Shown here: positions 1 through 9,024 of the stretch, one piece after another
Numbering within the stretch: position 1 is the first letter of the stretch
How the letters are laid out: each line of letters begins with the position of its first letter
Assembly (NCBI GenBank): GCA_963788565.1
Contig: CAWBHJ010000014.1
Coordinates: forward strand, 40,374-104,373
DNA from: an uncultured Solirubrobacterales bacterium
GTDB taxonomy: Bacteria; Actinomycetota; Thermoleophilia; Solirubrobacterales; Solirubrobacteraceae
Reading direction: 5' to 3'
Length of the DNA stretch: 64,000 nucleotides
Program-made: the position numbers and the translations under genes
Notes under the pieces: model-generated
Told to the model about the DNA's origin: nothing
What the model saw: only the letters and a program-made list of their open reading frames with translations
Database searches by the model: none

Positions 1-1
1 G

Positions 2-2209
2 ATCTGCACGAACGTCCAGGTGTGCGGCCATCCGGTCCGCCCGCGGTTCTCGCCCGATGGTCGGTCGATCGTCTTCGCGGGGCCGGCGGTGCGGATGATC
101 GGGTCGGATGGGAGTTGCCAGAACTGCCGGTTCGGGTTCGCGGTGGACCCAGAGTTGGAGAATCCGGTCGCGCGGAATCCCGCGGTCATGCCCACCGGGA
201 ACGTCGTCACGTTCGCGGTGGGCGGCGCCCTCGTCGCCGACGGCATCGACGGGCTCAGGCTCGCCACGTTGGTCAAATCCGCGACCGACGCCGTGTGGTC
301 AGCCTCCGGGAAGCTCGCGGTGGTCAGCGGCGCGCGCGTTTGGGTCGGCACGCCGGGAAAGCTTCGGTCGCTGGGCAAGGGATCGTCCCCGTCCTGGTCC
401 CCAAATGGCACGAGACTCGCGTTCGCACGGCGCGGCTGGATCACGGTCGTACCCTCGTCCGGCGGCCAGGCCCGGCGACTGGCCCGAGGCAGCTCGCCGG
501 CGTTCTCGCCGGATGGCCGGTCGGTCGCCTTCATCGATCCGAGCCGGCGGTTGCGGGTGATCGGCTCGTTCGGCGGCCGTGCTCGCACGGTGGGGACGGT
601 GAGAGGGCTGGCGGTCGATTGGCAGCCGCTACCGGCACATCCGGCGGCCTGCGTGGCGCCACCAGGGGCGAAGGTGATCGCTCAGTCGAGCGCGGCGGTC
701 GTCACGAGCGAAGCGCGGCCAGATCCCGGAGACGGCATCTCGCTCGCGCCAACCGCGGCGATGGGATGCCTGTTCGCGGACGGGCGGGAGCGCCTGCTCG
801 AGCAGTCCACGTCCAACTCGATCGACGGTGCGATCGACTTCCCGACGGCGACACTCGGAGGGACCTACGCGGCGGTAGTGGTGCACGACTTCGACTCGCA
901 CTACGACTTGGTCGATAGCCAGACCATCGACGTGTTCGATCTGCGCACCGGCGCGCGATCTGGATTTGGGGGCGAGTCCACCGACTGCTCGGAATTCCGG
1001 TGGCCGTGCAGCCGGATCCAGCAGATCCTCGTCGGTCCTGATGGCGTCTCGGCGGTCTACACGAACGACGAGCCCTCGCAAGGAACCGACCCGCTCAGCG
1101 CCACATGCGCGTCGCCCTCGTTCTGCGCCACCTACGACCGGTACGGGCAAGTCAGCGTGTCGACCGAGCCCACAGTCGCATCCTCCTGGTCGTCGACCCA
1201 GGTTGCACCGCTCCAGACGATGTCCTGCGCCTCCGCCTCGCTGTGCGTTGGCGTTGACCAGTTCCGGCAGTCGATCTACGTATCGACCAATCCCGCGAGC
1301 TCCTCGCCGACGTGGACCAAGATGCAGGTTCCGGGGAATGCGGCGGTAAACGATGTGGACTGCCCGTCGACGACACTGTGCGTGGCCGTCGGGGGGTCGC
1401 TTTCAGTAGACCAAGGCATGGTCTTCGTGTCGACCAACCCGTCCGGCGGGCCCAGCGCGTGGTCGGGACAATCGATCACCGGGGCGGGGTCGCTGCTCGC
1501 GGTTTCATGTCCGACCGCATCCGACTGCTTCGCGACGGACAACAGGGGCAACCTGGTGAGCGCCACGGACCCGACTGGAGGTCCCGGAGCGTGGACCGTC
1601 CGTCACATCTCGCCGTTCGCGTTGAACCGCATCTCATGCGCATCGGCGTCGCTGTGCGCCGCGACTGCGATTGGACCGCCGTCTGCGAACGTCATCGTCT
1701 CTACCGACCCGGTGAACGGGCAGTGGACGGTCTCGCACAATCCCAACGTCTTCAGCGTGTCGTGCCCGTCGGCGTCGCTGTGCGTCACGGTCGGCAGCTC
1801 CGACACCGGCGAGTCGGAGGATGTCGGCGTGTCCACCGACCCAGGATCCGGGTCGTGGAGCAGGTACCAGATTCCGAATGCCAACCCGGGAAACGTGTCC
1901 TGCCCGACCTCAAGCTTCTGCATGCTCGGAGGGACAAACGACGGCAACGTGCTGATCTCGACCAATCCGGCGGGCGGGGCCGGTACCTGGACGCCGGTGC
2001 TCGCGGACCGCATCAACTGTGCGAGCACCCCCGACGCGTGCGGCACCGAGCAGATCATCGCCTCCGACCGCACCGGCGTCCATACGGTCGCCTCGAGCAC
2101 CGAGTTCGAGCCTCAGACCGGGCAGCAGCTGGCCAACATGACCCTGTCGGGGAGCACGCTGAGCTGGAACGACCACGGCTCGCCGAAGAGCGCCCAGCTG
2201 ATGCCATGA
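2..2209 (+). CDS. Secreted multi-domain beta-propeller protein, 5'-truncated by the window edge: TolB-like PD40 repeats, seven Cys-pair/Asp-box-like blades, conserved C-terminal tail
   Basis: The frame is open from position 2 (ICTNVQVCGHP...) and is continuous with ORF 20..2209. PD40 signatures are RFSPDGRSIVF, SWSPNGTRLAF and AFSPDGRSVAF. There are seven ~45-aa units of the form SC(P/A)SxSLC...STDP/STNPxGGxxxW. Alignment to the downstream paralog shows the real start lies upstream of the window. Confidence 0.8.
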   Translation: MCTNVQVCGHPVRPRFSPDGRSIVFAGPAVRMIGSDGSCQNCRFGFAVDPELENPVARNPAVMPTGNVVTFAVGGALVADGIDGLRLATLVKSATDAVWSASGKLAVVSGARVWVGTPGKLRSLGKGSSPSWSPNGTRLAFARRGWITVVPSSGGQARRLARGSSPAFSPDGRSVAFIDPSRRLRVIGSFGGRARTVGTVRGLAVDWQPLPAHPAACVAPPGAKVIAQSSAAVVTSEARPDPGDGISLAPTAAMGCLFADGRERLLEQSTSNSIDGAIDFPTATLGGTYAAVVVHDFDSHYDLVDSQTIDVFDLRTGARSGFGGESTDCSEFRWPCSRIQQILVGPDGVSAVYTNDEPSQGTDPLSATCASPSFCATYDRYGQVSVSTEPTVASSWSSTQVAPLQTMSCASASLCVGVDQFRQSIYVSTNPASSSPTWTKMQVPGNAAVNDVDCPSTTLCVAVGGSLSVDQGMVFVSTNPSGGPSAWSGQSITGAGSLLAVSCPTASDCFATDNRGNLVSATDPTGGPGAWTVRHISPFALNRISCASASLCAATAIGPPSANVIVSTDPVNGQWTVSHNPNVFSVSCPSASLCVTVGSSDTGESEDVGVSTDPGSGSWSRYQIPNANPGNVSCPTSSFCMLGGTNDGNVLISTNPAGGAGTWTPVLADRINCASTPDACGTEQIIASDRTGVHTVASSTEFEPQTGQQLANMTLSGSTLSWNDHGSPKSAQLMP

Positions 2210-4503
2210 CCCGGGCGCCGCTCGGGATCGGGGTGTCGCTAGCGGTTTGGCTGGCGCTCGCGTCGGTCGCCAGCGCCGCGTTCCCCGGCCGCAATGGCCT
2301 GCTCGCCGTGCAGCCGCTCCACGGCAACGGGATCGTGCTGGTGGGTGCCGACGGCCACGGCCAACACCGGATCTGTACGAAGGTGTCGGTATGCGGCCAC
2401 CCGGTCCGTCCGCGCTTCTCACCGGATGGCCGGTCGATCGTGTTCGCGGGCCCGGCGGTCCGGATCGTCGGGACGGACGGGAGCTGCCAGAACTGCAGCT
2501 TCGGGATGGCCCGGAATCCGGCGTTCCTGCCGGGCGGGTCGCTTGTCAGCTTCGTCTCGCCCGCGGCGATAGGAACGGCCGTCGAGATCGACAGCATTGC
2601 CGGCCCTCGGCGGGCGACGCTGCCCTACTCAAAGAGCCTCGGCTACTCGTATCCATCCGATGCGGTCTGGGCGCCGACCGGCGCGCTCGCCGAGGTGGCG
2701 GCTGGTCGAGTGCTCGCGGGCCGCGCCGGCGACCTGCGCGGTATCGGGCCCGGCAGCGCGCCGTCGTGGTCCCCCGACGGGTCACGGATTGCGCTCGTAC
2801 GCCGCGGATGGATCACGGTGGTGCGCGTGGCCGATGGACGGGGACGCCGGCTGGCTCGCGGAACGGCGCCGGCGTTCTCGCCCGACGGACGGTCGATCGC
2901 GTTCGTCGACGGACGACACCGCGTCGAGGTGGTCGCGGCGTCAGGCGGTCGGCCACGTCCAGTCGGGCGCGTCGAGGGCTTGGCGGTGGACTGGGAGCCG
3001 CTGGTTTCGCGCCCGCCCAGGTGCGTGCCGCCGCCCGGCTCGCAGGTGATCGCGCGATCACCGCAGGCCGTGATCACCAGCAACGTCGATGAGGATCTCG
3101 AGGACCACGACTCGGTGATCGGGTGTGTGTTGGCCTCCGGGCGAGAGCAGCTGCTCGAGGTCACCCCGTCGACCAACGTGGTCGCAGGAACCAACGGCAA
3201 CTACGCCGCGGTGGCGATCAACCTCTCCGACAAGTACGGGAACACGGGCGGCTCGACCACCGTCTTCGACCTTCGCACCGGTCGCGCGGCGGGCTTTGGC
3301 GGCGAGACGTATTCCTGCGAGACATTCGAGGCGGTGTGCGGCGACATCGACCAGGCGGCCGTCGGAACCGGCGGCGTGTCCGCCGTGCACCTCGATAGCG
3401 GCACAACCGGCTTCTGGACCACCGTGTCATGCGCTCCATCGGCGTCGATGTGCTTGGCGCACGGCCTCGGGGACGTCGCTTCCACCGCTCCGGGCCAAAC
3501 CCCGTGGACCTCGATGCCGTTCACAGATGCCACCAGCCTCGCTTGCACTTCGACGTCGCTCTGCATAGCGATCGCCGGCTCGAAGCTGTACACATCGACC
3601 AACCCCGCCGCGTCCGCGCCGACGTGGACAACCACACAACTCCCAGCCGCCGTCACGCAGGCGTCCTGTCCGGCGACGAACCTGTGCATGATCGCGACGA
3701 CGGACGGCCACGTGTGGTGGTCGACGAACCCGAGCGGGGGAGCCGGAGCCTGGTCGAGCGAGGACATCGACGGCGACTTCGCGATCAACGCGATCGCCTG
3801 CCCGTCGACGACCGAATGCGTCGCGATGGACGAATACGGGCGTGCGATCAGCACCAGCGATCCGACTGGCGGTGCGAGCGGATGGCAGGTCCGCCAGGTC
3901 TTCAACTCCGCGGGTGCGAACCCGGCGATCTCCTGTCCGTCGGTGACGCTCTGTGTCGCTGCGCAGGCGTCCTCGTCCCTCAACGAGAACAGCGGATCTT
4001 TCGCGGTCACGACCGACCCCACGGCCGGCCACTGGACGACCTCGACCGCTCTGGATCGACCGAGCAGCGTCGACTGCCCGTCCGTATCGCTGTGTGTCGC
4101 CATCGGCAAGAAGGTGCTCGTGTCGACCGATCCGGCATCCGGGCGCTGGAGCAGCTACACGATCCCGGGACTCAACACCCTTTCCAGCGTCAGCTGCCTC
4201 TCGTCTGAGGAATGCGTGGTCGGAGGAGACTCGGCGGGATTTGTGTTCGTCTCGAGCAACCCGGCGGGCGGACCGAGCACATGGAAGCGGGTCCTCGCCG
4301 AGCCGGTGTCCTGCGGCGACCAGCGCGTCATGTGTGGCACCGAGCAGATCATCGCCTCCGACCGGACCGGCGTCCATACGCTCGACTCGAGCACCGCGTT
4401 CGAGGATCAGACGGGGCCGCAGCTGACCGACATGACCCTCACGGGCGACACGCTCAGCTGGAACGACCATGGGTCCCCCAAGACCACCAGCCTGACGCCG
4501 TAA
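2206..4503 (+). CDS. Secreted paralog of the previous gene: signal peptide, PD40 repeats, seven Cys-pair/Asp-box-like blades, conserved tail
   Basis: The ATG at 2206 overlaps the upstream TGA (ATGA). The N-terminus MTRAPLGIGVSLAVWLALASVASA looks like a signal peptide. PD40 motifs are RFSPDGRSIVF, SWSPDGSRIAL and AFSPDGRSIAF. Repeats include SCPATNLC, ACPSTTEC, SCPSVTLC, DCPSVSLC and SCLSSEEC, each followed by ST(N/D)P..G..W. The tail CGTEQIIASDRTGVHT...LSWNDHGSPK is shared with gene 1. Confidence 0.85.
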   Translation: MTRAPLGIGVSLAVWLALASVASAAFPGRNGLLAVQPLHGNGIVLVGADGHGQHRICTKVSVCGHPVRPRFSPDGRSIVFAGPAVRIVGTDGSCQNCSFGMARNPAFLPGGSLVSFVSPAAIGTAVEIDSIAGPRRATLPYSKSLGYSYPSDAVWAPTGALAEVAAGRVLAGRAGDLRGIGPGSAPSWSPDGSRIALVRRGWITVVRVADGRGRRLARGTAPAFSPDGRSIAFVDGRHRVEVVAASGGRPRPVGRVEGLAVDWEPLVSRPPRCVPPPGSQVIARSPQAVITSNVDEDLEDHDSVIGCVLASGREQLLEVTPSTNVVAGTNGNYAAVAINLSDKYGNTGGSTTVFDLRTGRAAGFGGETYSCETFEAVCGDIDQAAVGTGGVSAVHLDSGTTGFWTTVSCAPSASMCLAHGLGDVASTAPGQTPWTSMPFTDATSLACTSTSLCIAIAGSKLYTSTNPAASAPTWTTTQLPAAVTQASCPATNLCMIATTDGHVWWSTNPSGGAGAWSSEDIDGDFAINAIACPSTTECVAMDEYGRAISTSDPTGGASGWQVRQVFNSAGANPAISCPSVTLCVAAQASSSLNENSGSFAVTTDPTAGHWTTSTALDRPSSVDCPSVSLCVAIGKKVLVSTDPASGRWSSYTIPGLNTLSSVSCLSSEECVVGGDSAGFVFVSSNPAGGPSTWKRVLAEPVSCGDQRVMCGTEQIIASDRTGVHTLDSSTAFEDQTGPQLTDMTLTGDTLSWNDHGSPKTTSLTP

Positions 4504-4536
4504 ACCCCGTCGATGACCTTTCCGGCCGGACGGGGT
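4504..4536 (+). terminator. Hairpin directly after the stop codon (possible intrinsic terminator)
   Basis: ACCCCGTC (4504-4511) pairs with GACGGGGT (4529-4536). The downstream T-tract is weak (CTTAGCTTT). Confidence 0.35.
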
Positions 4537-4553
4537 CTTAGCTTTAGACCGCG

Positions 4554-4763
4554 ATGCCCGCCACAGCCGACACCGACATCCGCGAGCTCGACCACCGCAC
4601 GACCGACGGGATCGAGGTGAAGTTGCTCTGGAGCGCCGAGAGCGACCGGATCTGGATCGATGTGCAGGACAACCGAGCCGGCCGCTCGTTCGAGCTCGAG
4701 GTCGATCCGGGCGACGCGCTCGAGGCGTTCCGTCACCCGTACGCGTTCGCCCCCGCCGCGTGA
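4554..4763 (+). CDS. Small acidic hypothetical protein (69 aa)
   Basis: ATG start, GC-rich third codon positions, and a 4-nt overlap with the next gene. The C-terminal motif ALEAFRHPYAF resembles small conserved actinobacterial hypotheticals; this is from memory, with no family name assigned. Confidence 0.6.
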   Translation: MPATADTDIRELDHRTTDGIEVKLLWSAESDRIWIDVQDNRAGRSFELEVDPGDALEAFRHPYAFAPAA

Positions 4764-5218
4764 GCGAATTCACGATCAGCCGGGTCGGCCCCGGCGACCT
4801 CGGCGACCTGCTGCCGCTGATGCGCGGCTACTGCGACTTCTACGAGGTCGATCCGAGCGACGAGGATCTGACCGCTCTCTCGAGAGCGCTGATCGACGAC
4901 CCAGAGTGCGAGGGCCTGCAGCTGATCGCGCGCAATCCGGAGGACGGGACCGCGATTGGATTCGCGACGATCTATTGGATGTGGTCGACCTCCGACGCCG
5001 CCCGGATCGGCGTGATGAACGACCTGTTCGTATCGGAGGCGGCCCGCGGAGGCGGGATCGCCGAAGCGCTGATCGAGGCGTGCCGCAACGAGTGCACACG
5101 CCGTGGCGCGCGCCGGCTCGGATGGCAGACGGCGCCGGACAACCTCCGCGCGCAGGCGGTGTACGACCGCGTCGGCGGGCACCGCGAACAGTGGGTCGAC
5201 TACTGGCTGTCCGCCTAG
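4760..5218 (+). CDS. GNAT family N-acetyltransferase
   Basis: The acetyl-CoA binding region reads VSEAARGGGIAEALIEA (the Q/RxxGxG/A type), and the protein has GNAT length (152 aa). The GTG start overlaps the upstream stop. Confidence 0.85.
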   Translation: MSEFTISRVGPGDLGDLLPLMRGYCDFYEVDPSDEDLTALSRALIDDPECEGLQLIARNPEDGTAIGFATIYWMWSTSDAARIGVMNDLFVSEAARGGGIAEALIEACRNECTRRGARRLGWQTAPDNLRAQAVYDRVGGHREQWVDYWLSA

Positions 5219-5256
5219 CGGCCTAGGGCGGCCGCGGGCCTAGAGCGGCCGGGGGT

Positions 5257-6114
5257 CTATACCGGCCGGGCGGCCTCGTGCGAGGAGGCCAGATCGCTGA
5301 GCGCCTGCGCGCGCTCGTCGCGGGTCAGCGCGTCGACGAACACGACCGCGACGCCGATCCCGAACACCAGGAACTCGAGCAGGCACATCGCCGCGCCCGC
5401 CAGCCGCTGGTCGGTGACCGCATTCATCCCGTAAGCGTGCGGGCCGGTCGCGTAGAGCGAGTACAGGCTCGTCCCGAGCCACGTGAGCGGCAGGCACACG
5501 GCCGCGCTCGCGAGCCGCGAGAACCCGAGGTACGCGAGCCGCACCATCCCGGGGTCGCGGCGCTCGGTCGGAAGCGGCGTGATGATCAGCCACCACAGCG
5601 CCATGCCCGTGTAGAACAGCGTCACGTGTTCGACGACGTGCAGCGCCGCGTGCTGGGCGGTGAAGTCGAACACGGCGGGGATCGCCCAGAAGATGGTCGC
5701 GGCGAACCATGCCGGGAGCGCGACCCACGGATTGGTGGCGACGCCCCAAACGCGGCCGATCCAGCCGCGGCGGGCGAACCACCGGAGTGCTGCGCGCGGC
5801 ATGCCGAGCGGCAGCACCGGCGCGCGCAGCCCGAGGATCAGGAGCGGCGGCGCGATGTCGGCGATCAGCACGTGCTGGATCATGTGGGCCATCAGCAGCC
5901 ACGAGTCGCCGATCACGTCGATCGGCGAGCCGAGCGCGATAAACAGCACCGCGATCCCCGAGAAGTACGGCAGCCAGTGGCCGGCGCCGACGCTTTTGCC
6001 GGTCCTGCGGCGCACGCGGCGCATCATCGACACGTACCACGTCACGGCGGCCGCGAGCACGATCCAGAGCACCGGATCGAAGCTCCAACTTCCCCAACCG
6101 GGTGCGACGGGCAT
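5257..6114 (-). CDS. Cytochrome c oxidase assembly factor CtaG-like membrane protein (Caa3_CtaG family)
   Basis: Polytopic membrane protein. The region LLMAHMIQHVLIADIAPPLLILGLRAPVL is typical of Caa3_CtaG-type proteins. Confidence 0.75.
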   Translation of the reverse strand: MPVAPGWGSWSFDPVLWIVLAAAVTWYVSMMRRVRRRTGKSVGAGHWLPYFSGIAVLFIALGSPIDVIGDSWLLMAHMIQHVLIADIAPPLLILGLRAPVLPLGMPRAALRWFARRGWIGRVWGVATNPWVALPAWFAATIFWAIPAVFDFTAQHAALHVVEHVTLFYTGMALWWLIITPLPTERRDPGMVRLAYLGFSRLASAAVCLPLTWLGTSLYSLYATGPHAYGMNAVTDQRLAGAAMCLLEFLVFGIGVAVVFVDALTRDERAQALSDLASSHEAARPV

Positions 6115-6164
6115 CGCGGGGAGGGTATCCCAATCCGGCCCGAGGGTGGGCCTATCCTCAGCTC

Positions 6165-6920
6165 ATGCGGGCGGGCAGATACGTCGAGCGCATGGCCCTG
6201 AGGCTGCGCTGGGAGCTCGAGGACCGCCGGCTCACGGCCGAGCAGCGGCGCGGTGTGCTTGGCCGGGCGCATCGCCGCTGGGGTGACCATTCCGCGACCA
6301 AGAACCGATCCCGTTGGAACGGGTGGGATTGGAGCGCCGGAGGCGAGGAGTGGAACGCATCCGAGGAGTGGAAGCTCGCGCTGATCGACGACGTATTGAG
6401 GCGCTGGATTCCCGAGGGAGGAGCCGTGGTCGAGATCGGCCCCGGCGGAGGCCGGTGGACGGAGGCGCTGGCGCCTCTCGCCTCGAGCCTGACCCTCGTG
6501 GACGTCAGCGAGCGCCCGCTCGAGATCTGCCGGGAGCGCTTCCGCGACACGACCAATGTCGCGTACGTCCTGAGCCCCGGGAGCGCCCTGCCGGGGATCG
6601 GCGAGAGCACGATCGAGGCGGTCTGGTCGTTCGACGTGTTCGTCCACATCGCACCGCTCGACCAGGCTCGCTATCTCAGTGAGATCGCCCGGGTGCTCGC
6701 CCCGGGCGGCGTCGCCGTGATCCACCACGCCGACGGGCGCAACCGGGGAATGCTCCCCTCCCGGCAGGGGTGGCGCTCGCCGATGTCGCGGCGGCTGTTC
6801 GCGACCCTCGCAGCCGAGCGAAAGCTGAGCGTCGAACGGCAGCTCGACGCCTGGGGGCCGGACGGGCGCTACGACCTCGCTCCCTTCGGCGACGCGATCA
6901 CGGTGCTCCGCAAGCCTTAG
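6165..6920 (+). CDS. Class I SAM-dependent methyltransferase
   Basis: Motif I is VVEIGPGGGRW. Post-I is LVDVS, and VLAPGGVAVIHH follows. I preferred the ATG at 6165 over the ORF-track start at 6102, which would overlap the divergent ctaG-like gene. Confidence 0.8.
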   Translation: MRAGRYVERMALRLRWELEDRRLTAEQRRGVLGRAHRRWGDHSATKNRSRWNGWDWSAGGEEWNASEEWKLALIDDVLRRWIPEGGAVVEIGPGGGRWTEALAPLASSLTLVDVSERPLEICRERFRDTTNVAYVLSPGSALPGIGESTIEAVWSFDVFVHIAPLDQARYLSEIARVLAPGGVAVIHHADGRNRGMLPSRQGWRSPMSRRLFATLAAERKLSVERQLDAWGPDGRYDLAPFGDAITVLRKP

Positions 6921-6949
6921 CCCCTCCCGTGCGCTTTCATTGACGCTCA

Positions 6950-7462
6950 ATGGCGGACCCGGAAAAGCTCCGCGTCTCAGACGAGCAGCGCGAGCGCGTC
7001 GCGCAGGCGCTGCGCGAGCATTTCGCGGCCGGCCGGATCACCGAGGACGAGCTCTCGGACCGGGTCCAGGCGGCCTACGACGCCCAGACCCAGGCGGAGC
7101 TGGACAAGCCCCTCGCCGACCTGCCGAAGCTCCCCGCGACCCCACAGCAGCAGAAGGCCCAACTGGCGGAGCGGCGCAGCCGCCTCCAGCGGCGACTGAT
7201 CCAGGAGACCGCCGGCGGGTTCGGCCTGTTCCTGATCTGCACGGTGATCTGGGTGGCGTCAGGCGCGACCGGGTCGTTCTGGCCGATCTGGGTCGCGATC
7301 TTCCCGGCGATCGCGCTCGTCCGGAACGGCTGGATGCTGTACGGGCCCGACCCCCAGCTCGACCGGATCGAGCAGCAGCTCGACCGGCCGAGCAGCCGGG
7401 ATGTCCGGCGCCAGCAGCGCCGCGACGACCGCAGCTCCCGCCGCCGCGACCGCCGCGGCTAG
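6950..7462 (+). CDS. DUF1707 domain protein with a C-terminal two-TM region
   Basis: The N-terminus LRVSDEQRERVAQALREHFAAGRITEDELSDRV is the DUF1707 signature. Hydrophobic segments are FGLFLICTVIWVASG and FWPIWVAIFPAIALV. Confidence 0.75.
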   Translation: MADPEKLRVSDEQRERVAQALREHFAAGRITEDELSDRVQAAYDAQTQAELDKPLADLPKLPATPQQQKAQLAERRSRLQRRLIQETAGGFGLFLICTVIWVASGATGSFWPIWVAIFPAIALVRNGWMLYGPDPQLDRIEQQLDRPSSRDVRRQQRRDDRSSRRRDRRG

Positions 7463-7860
7463 CCCTGCTTCACGTAGCGGACGCGCTCGGGGTCGATCAC
7501 GAACTTGATCCGCTGCTCGCCCGGCTGGCGGAACGGGTACTTGTCCTGGTCGATGTACTTCTTCGCGAGCGCGTTGATGTGCTCGTCGGCGCCGTCGATC
7601 GAGCCGGTGGCGGTGCCGCGGATCTCGACGAAGTGGTACGGGTTGCCGGACTCGAACACGACGACCGAGACGTGCGGGTCGCGCTCGAGGTTGGTCGGCC
7701 ACAGCCGGCCGACCGCGCTGTTGATGGCGATCTCGTCGCCTTCAGAGCTGACCCACACGATTGTCGAGTGGAGCGAGCCATCCTTGTTCACGGTCGATAC
7801 GACCGCGTAGTTGGGAGCCGAGAGCAGCTCCTGAGGGCCTGGGTCGGTGATGGAGGTCAT
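7459..7860 (-). CDS. PPOX-class (pyridoxamine 5'-phosphate oxidase-like) probable F420-dependent enzyme
   Basis: NYAVVSTVNKDGSLHSTIVWV...HVSVVVFESGNPYHFVEIRGTA matches the PPOX split-barrel pattern. The ATG at 7860 (MTSITDPG) is preferred over the upstream start at 7881. Confidence 0.8.
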   Translation of the reverse strand: MTSITDPGPQELLSAPNYAVVSTVNKDGSLHSTIVWVSSEGDEIAINSAVGRLWPTNLERDPHVSVVVFESGNPYHFVEIRGTATGSIDGADEHINALAKKYIDQDKYPFRQPGEQRIKFVIDPERVRYVKQG

Positions 7861-7898
7861 AGCTGGACTGTTACCCCTCATTGCTAGGGTTCAAATGG

Positions 7899-9024
7899 AT
7901 GGCGAGCGTACATTCAGAGCCGCTTTCACAGCGCCTCGCAGCAATCCGTGAGCAGCTCAAGCTGCTCTCGGACTATCTTTGACGTCGCGGCGCTGAGTGG
8001 GCGCGTCGACGCGCTCGAACAACAGATGGGGGAGGCGGGGTTCTGGGACGATCAGGAGCGCGCCGCGAAGGTCGGAGCCGAGCACGCGCGGGCGACCAAA
8101 CGCCTGCAGCTCTACCGGGAGCTCGAGCGTGACGTCGACGACCTCGAGCCGCTCGCCGAGCTCGCCGAGGAGGATCCGGAGATCGCAAACGAGCTCGAGG
8201 ACCAGATCCGAACGGTCCAGCAGCGGCTCGACGAGCTCGAGGAGCAGCGCCTGTTCTCGGGCAAGTACGACGCCGGCGACGCGCTCGTGACGATCAATGC
8301 GGGCGCCGGCGGAACCGACGCTCAGGACTGGGCCGAGATGGTGCTGAGGATGGAGATGCGCTGGGCCGAGAAGCGCGGGTTCGACGTCGAGTTGCTCGAG
8401 GTGTCGCCCGGAGAGGAGGCGGGGATCAAGTCCGCGACCTTCCTGGTCAAGGGCGAGAACGTCTACGGCCTGTACGCCAGCGAGAAGGGCGTCCACCGGC
8501 TCGTCCGGCTGTCACCGTTCGACGCCGCCCACCGGCGGCAGACGAGCTTTGCGGGCGTCGAGGTCTCGCCGGTCGTCGACGCGATCGACGACATCGAGAT
8601 CGACGACGACGACCTTCAGATCGACACCTACCGGGCGAGCGGCGCCGGCGGCCAGCATGTCAACAAGACCGACTCTGCGGTCAGGATCACGCACAAACCG
8701 ACCGGGATCGTCGTCCAGTGCCAGAACGAGCGCTCGCAGTCGTCGAACAAGGCCGAGGCGATGACGATGCTCCGCTCGAAGCTGCTCGAGCTCGAGGAGC
8801 GCCGCCGCCGCGAAGAGATCGCGAAGGAGAAGGGCGAGGCGCAGGACGTCAACTTCGGCTCGCAGATTCGCTCCTACGTCCTGCACCCGTACTCGATGGT
8901 CAAGGACCACCGGACCGGGTTCGAGGTCGGGGACGTCGCGCGGGTGCTCGACGGCGACCTCGACGGGTTCGCGCGCGCCTACCTGCATCGGTCGGCCAGC
9001 GACGGCGGCGGGTCCGGAGAGTGA
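7899..9024 (+). CDS. prfB: Peptide chain release factor 2, requiring a programmed +1 ribosomal frameshift at 7977-7983
   Basis: Frame 0 reads MASVHSEPLSQRLAAIREQLKLLSDYL and then TGA (7980-7982). The +1 frame continues DVAALSGRVDALEQQMGEAGFWDD. It carries the RF2 SPF motif (RLSPFDA) and the GGQ motif (SGAGGQHVN). Confidence 0.92.
7974..7983 (+). promoter_or_regulatory. RF2 autoregulatory +1 frameshift site, TAT CTT TGA C
   Basis: The decamer TATCTTTGAC is identical to the canonical E. coli prfB shift site. The in-frame UGA is followed by C. Confidence 0.85.

Noticed and set aside
7948-9024. The GTG at 7948 as the prfB start (as in the ORF track)
   Set aside because: It would delete the conserved N-terminal helix. 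The upstream ATG at 7899 gives a leader ending exactly in the canonical CTT TGA C shift site, and the joined protein aligns with RF2 N-termini.
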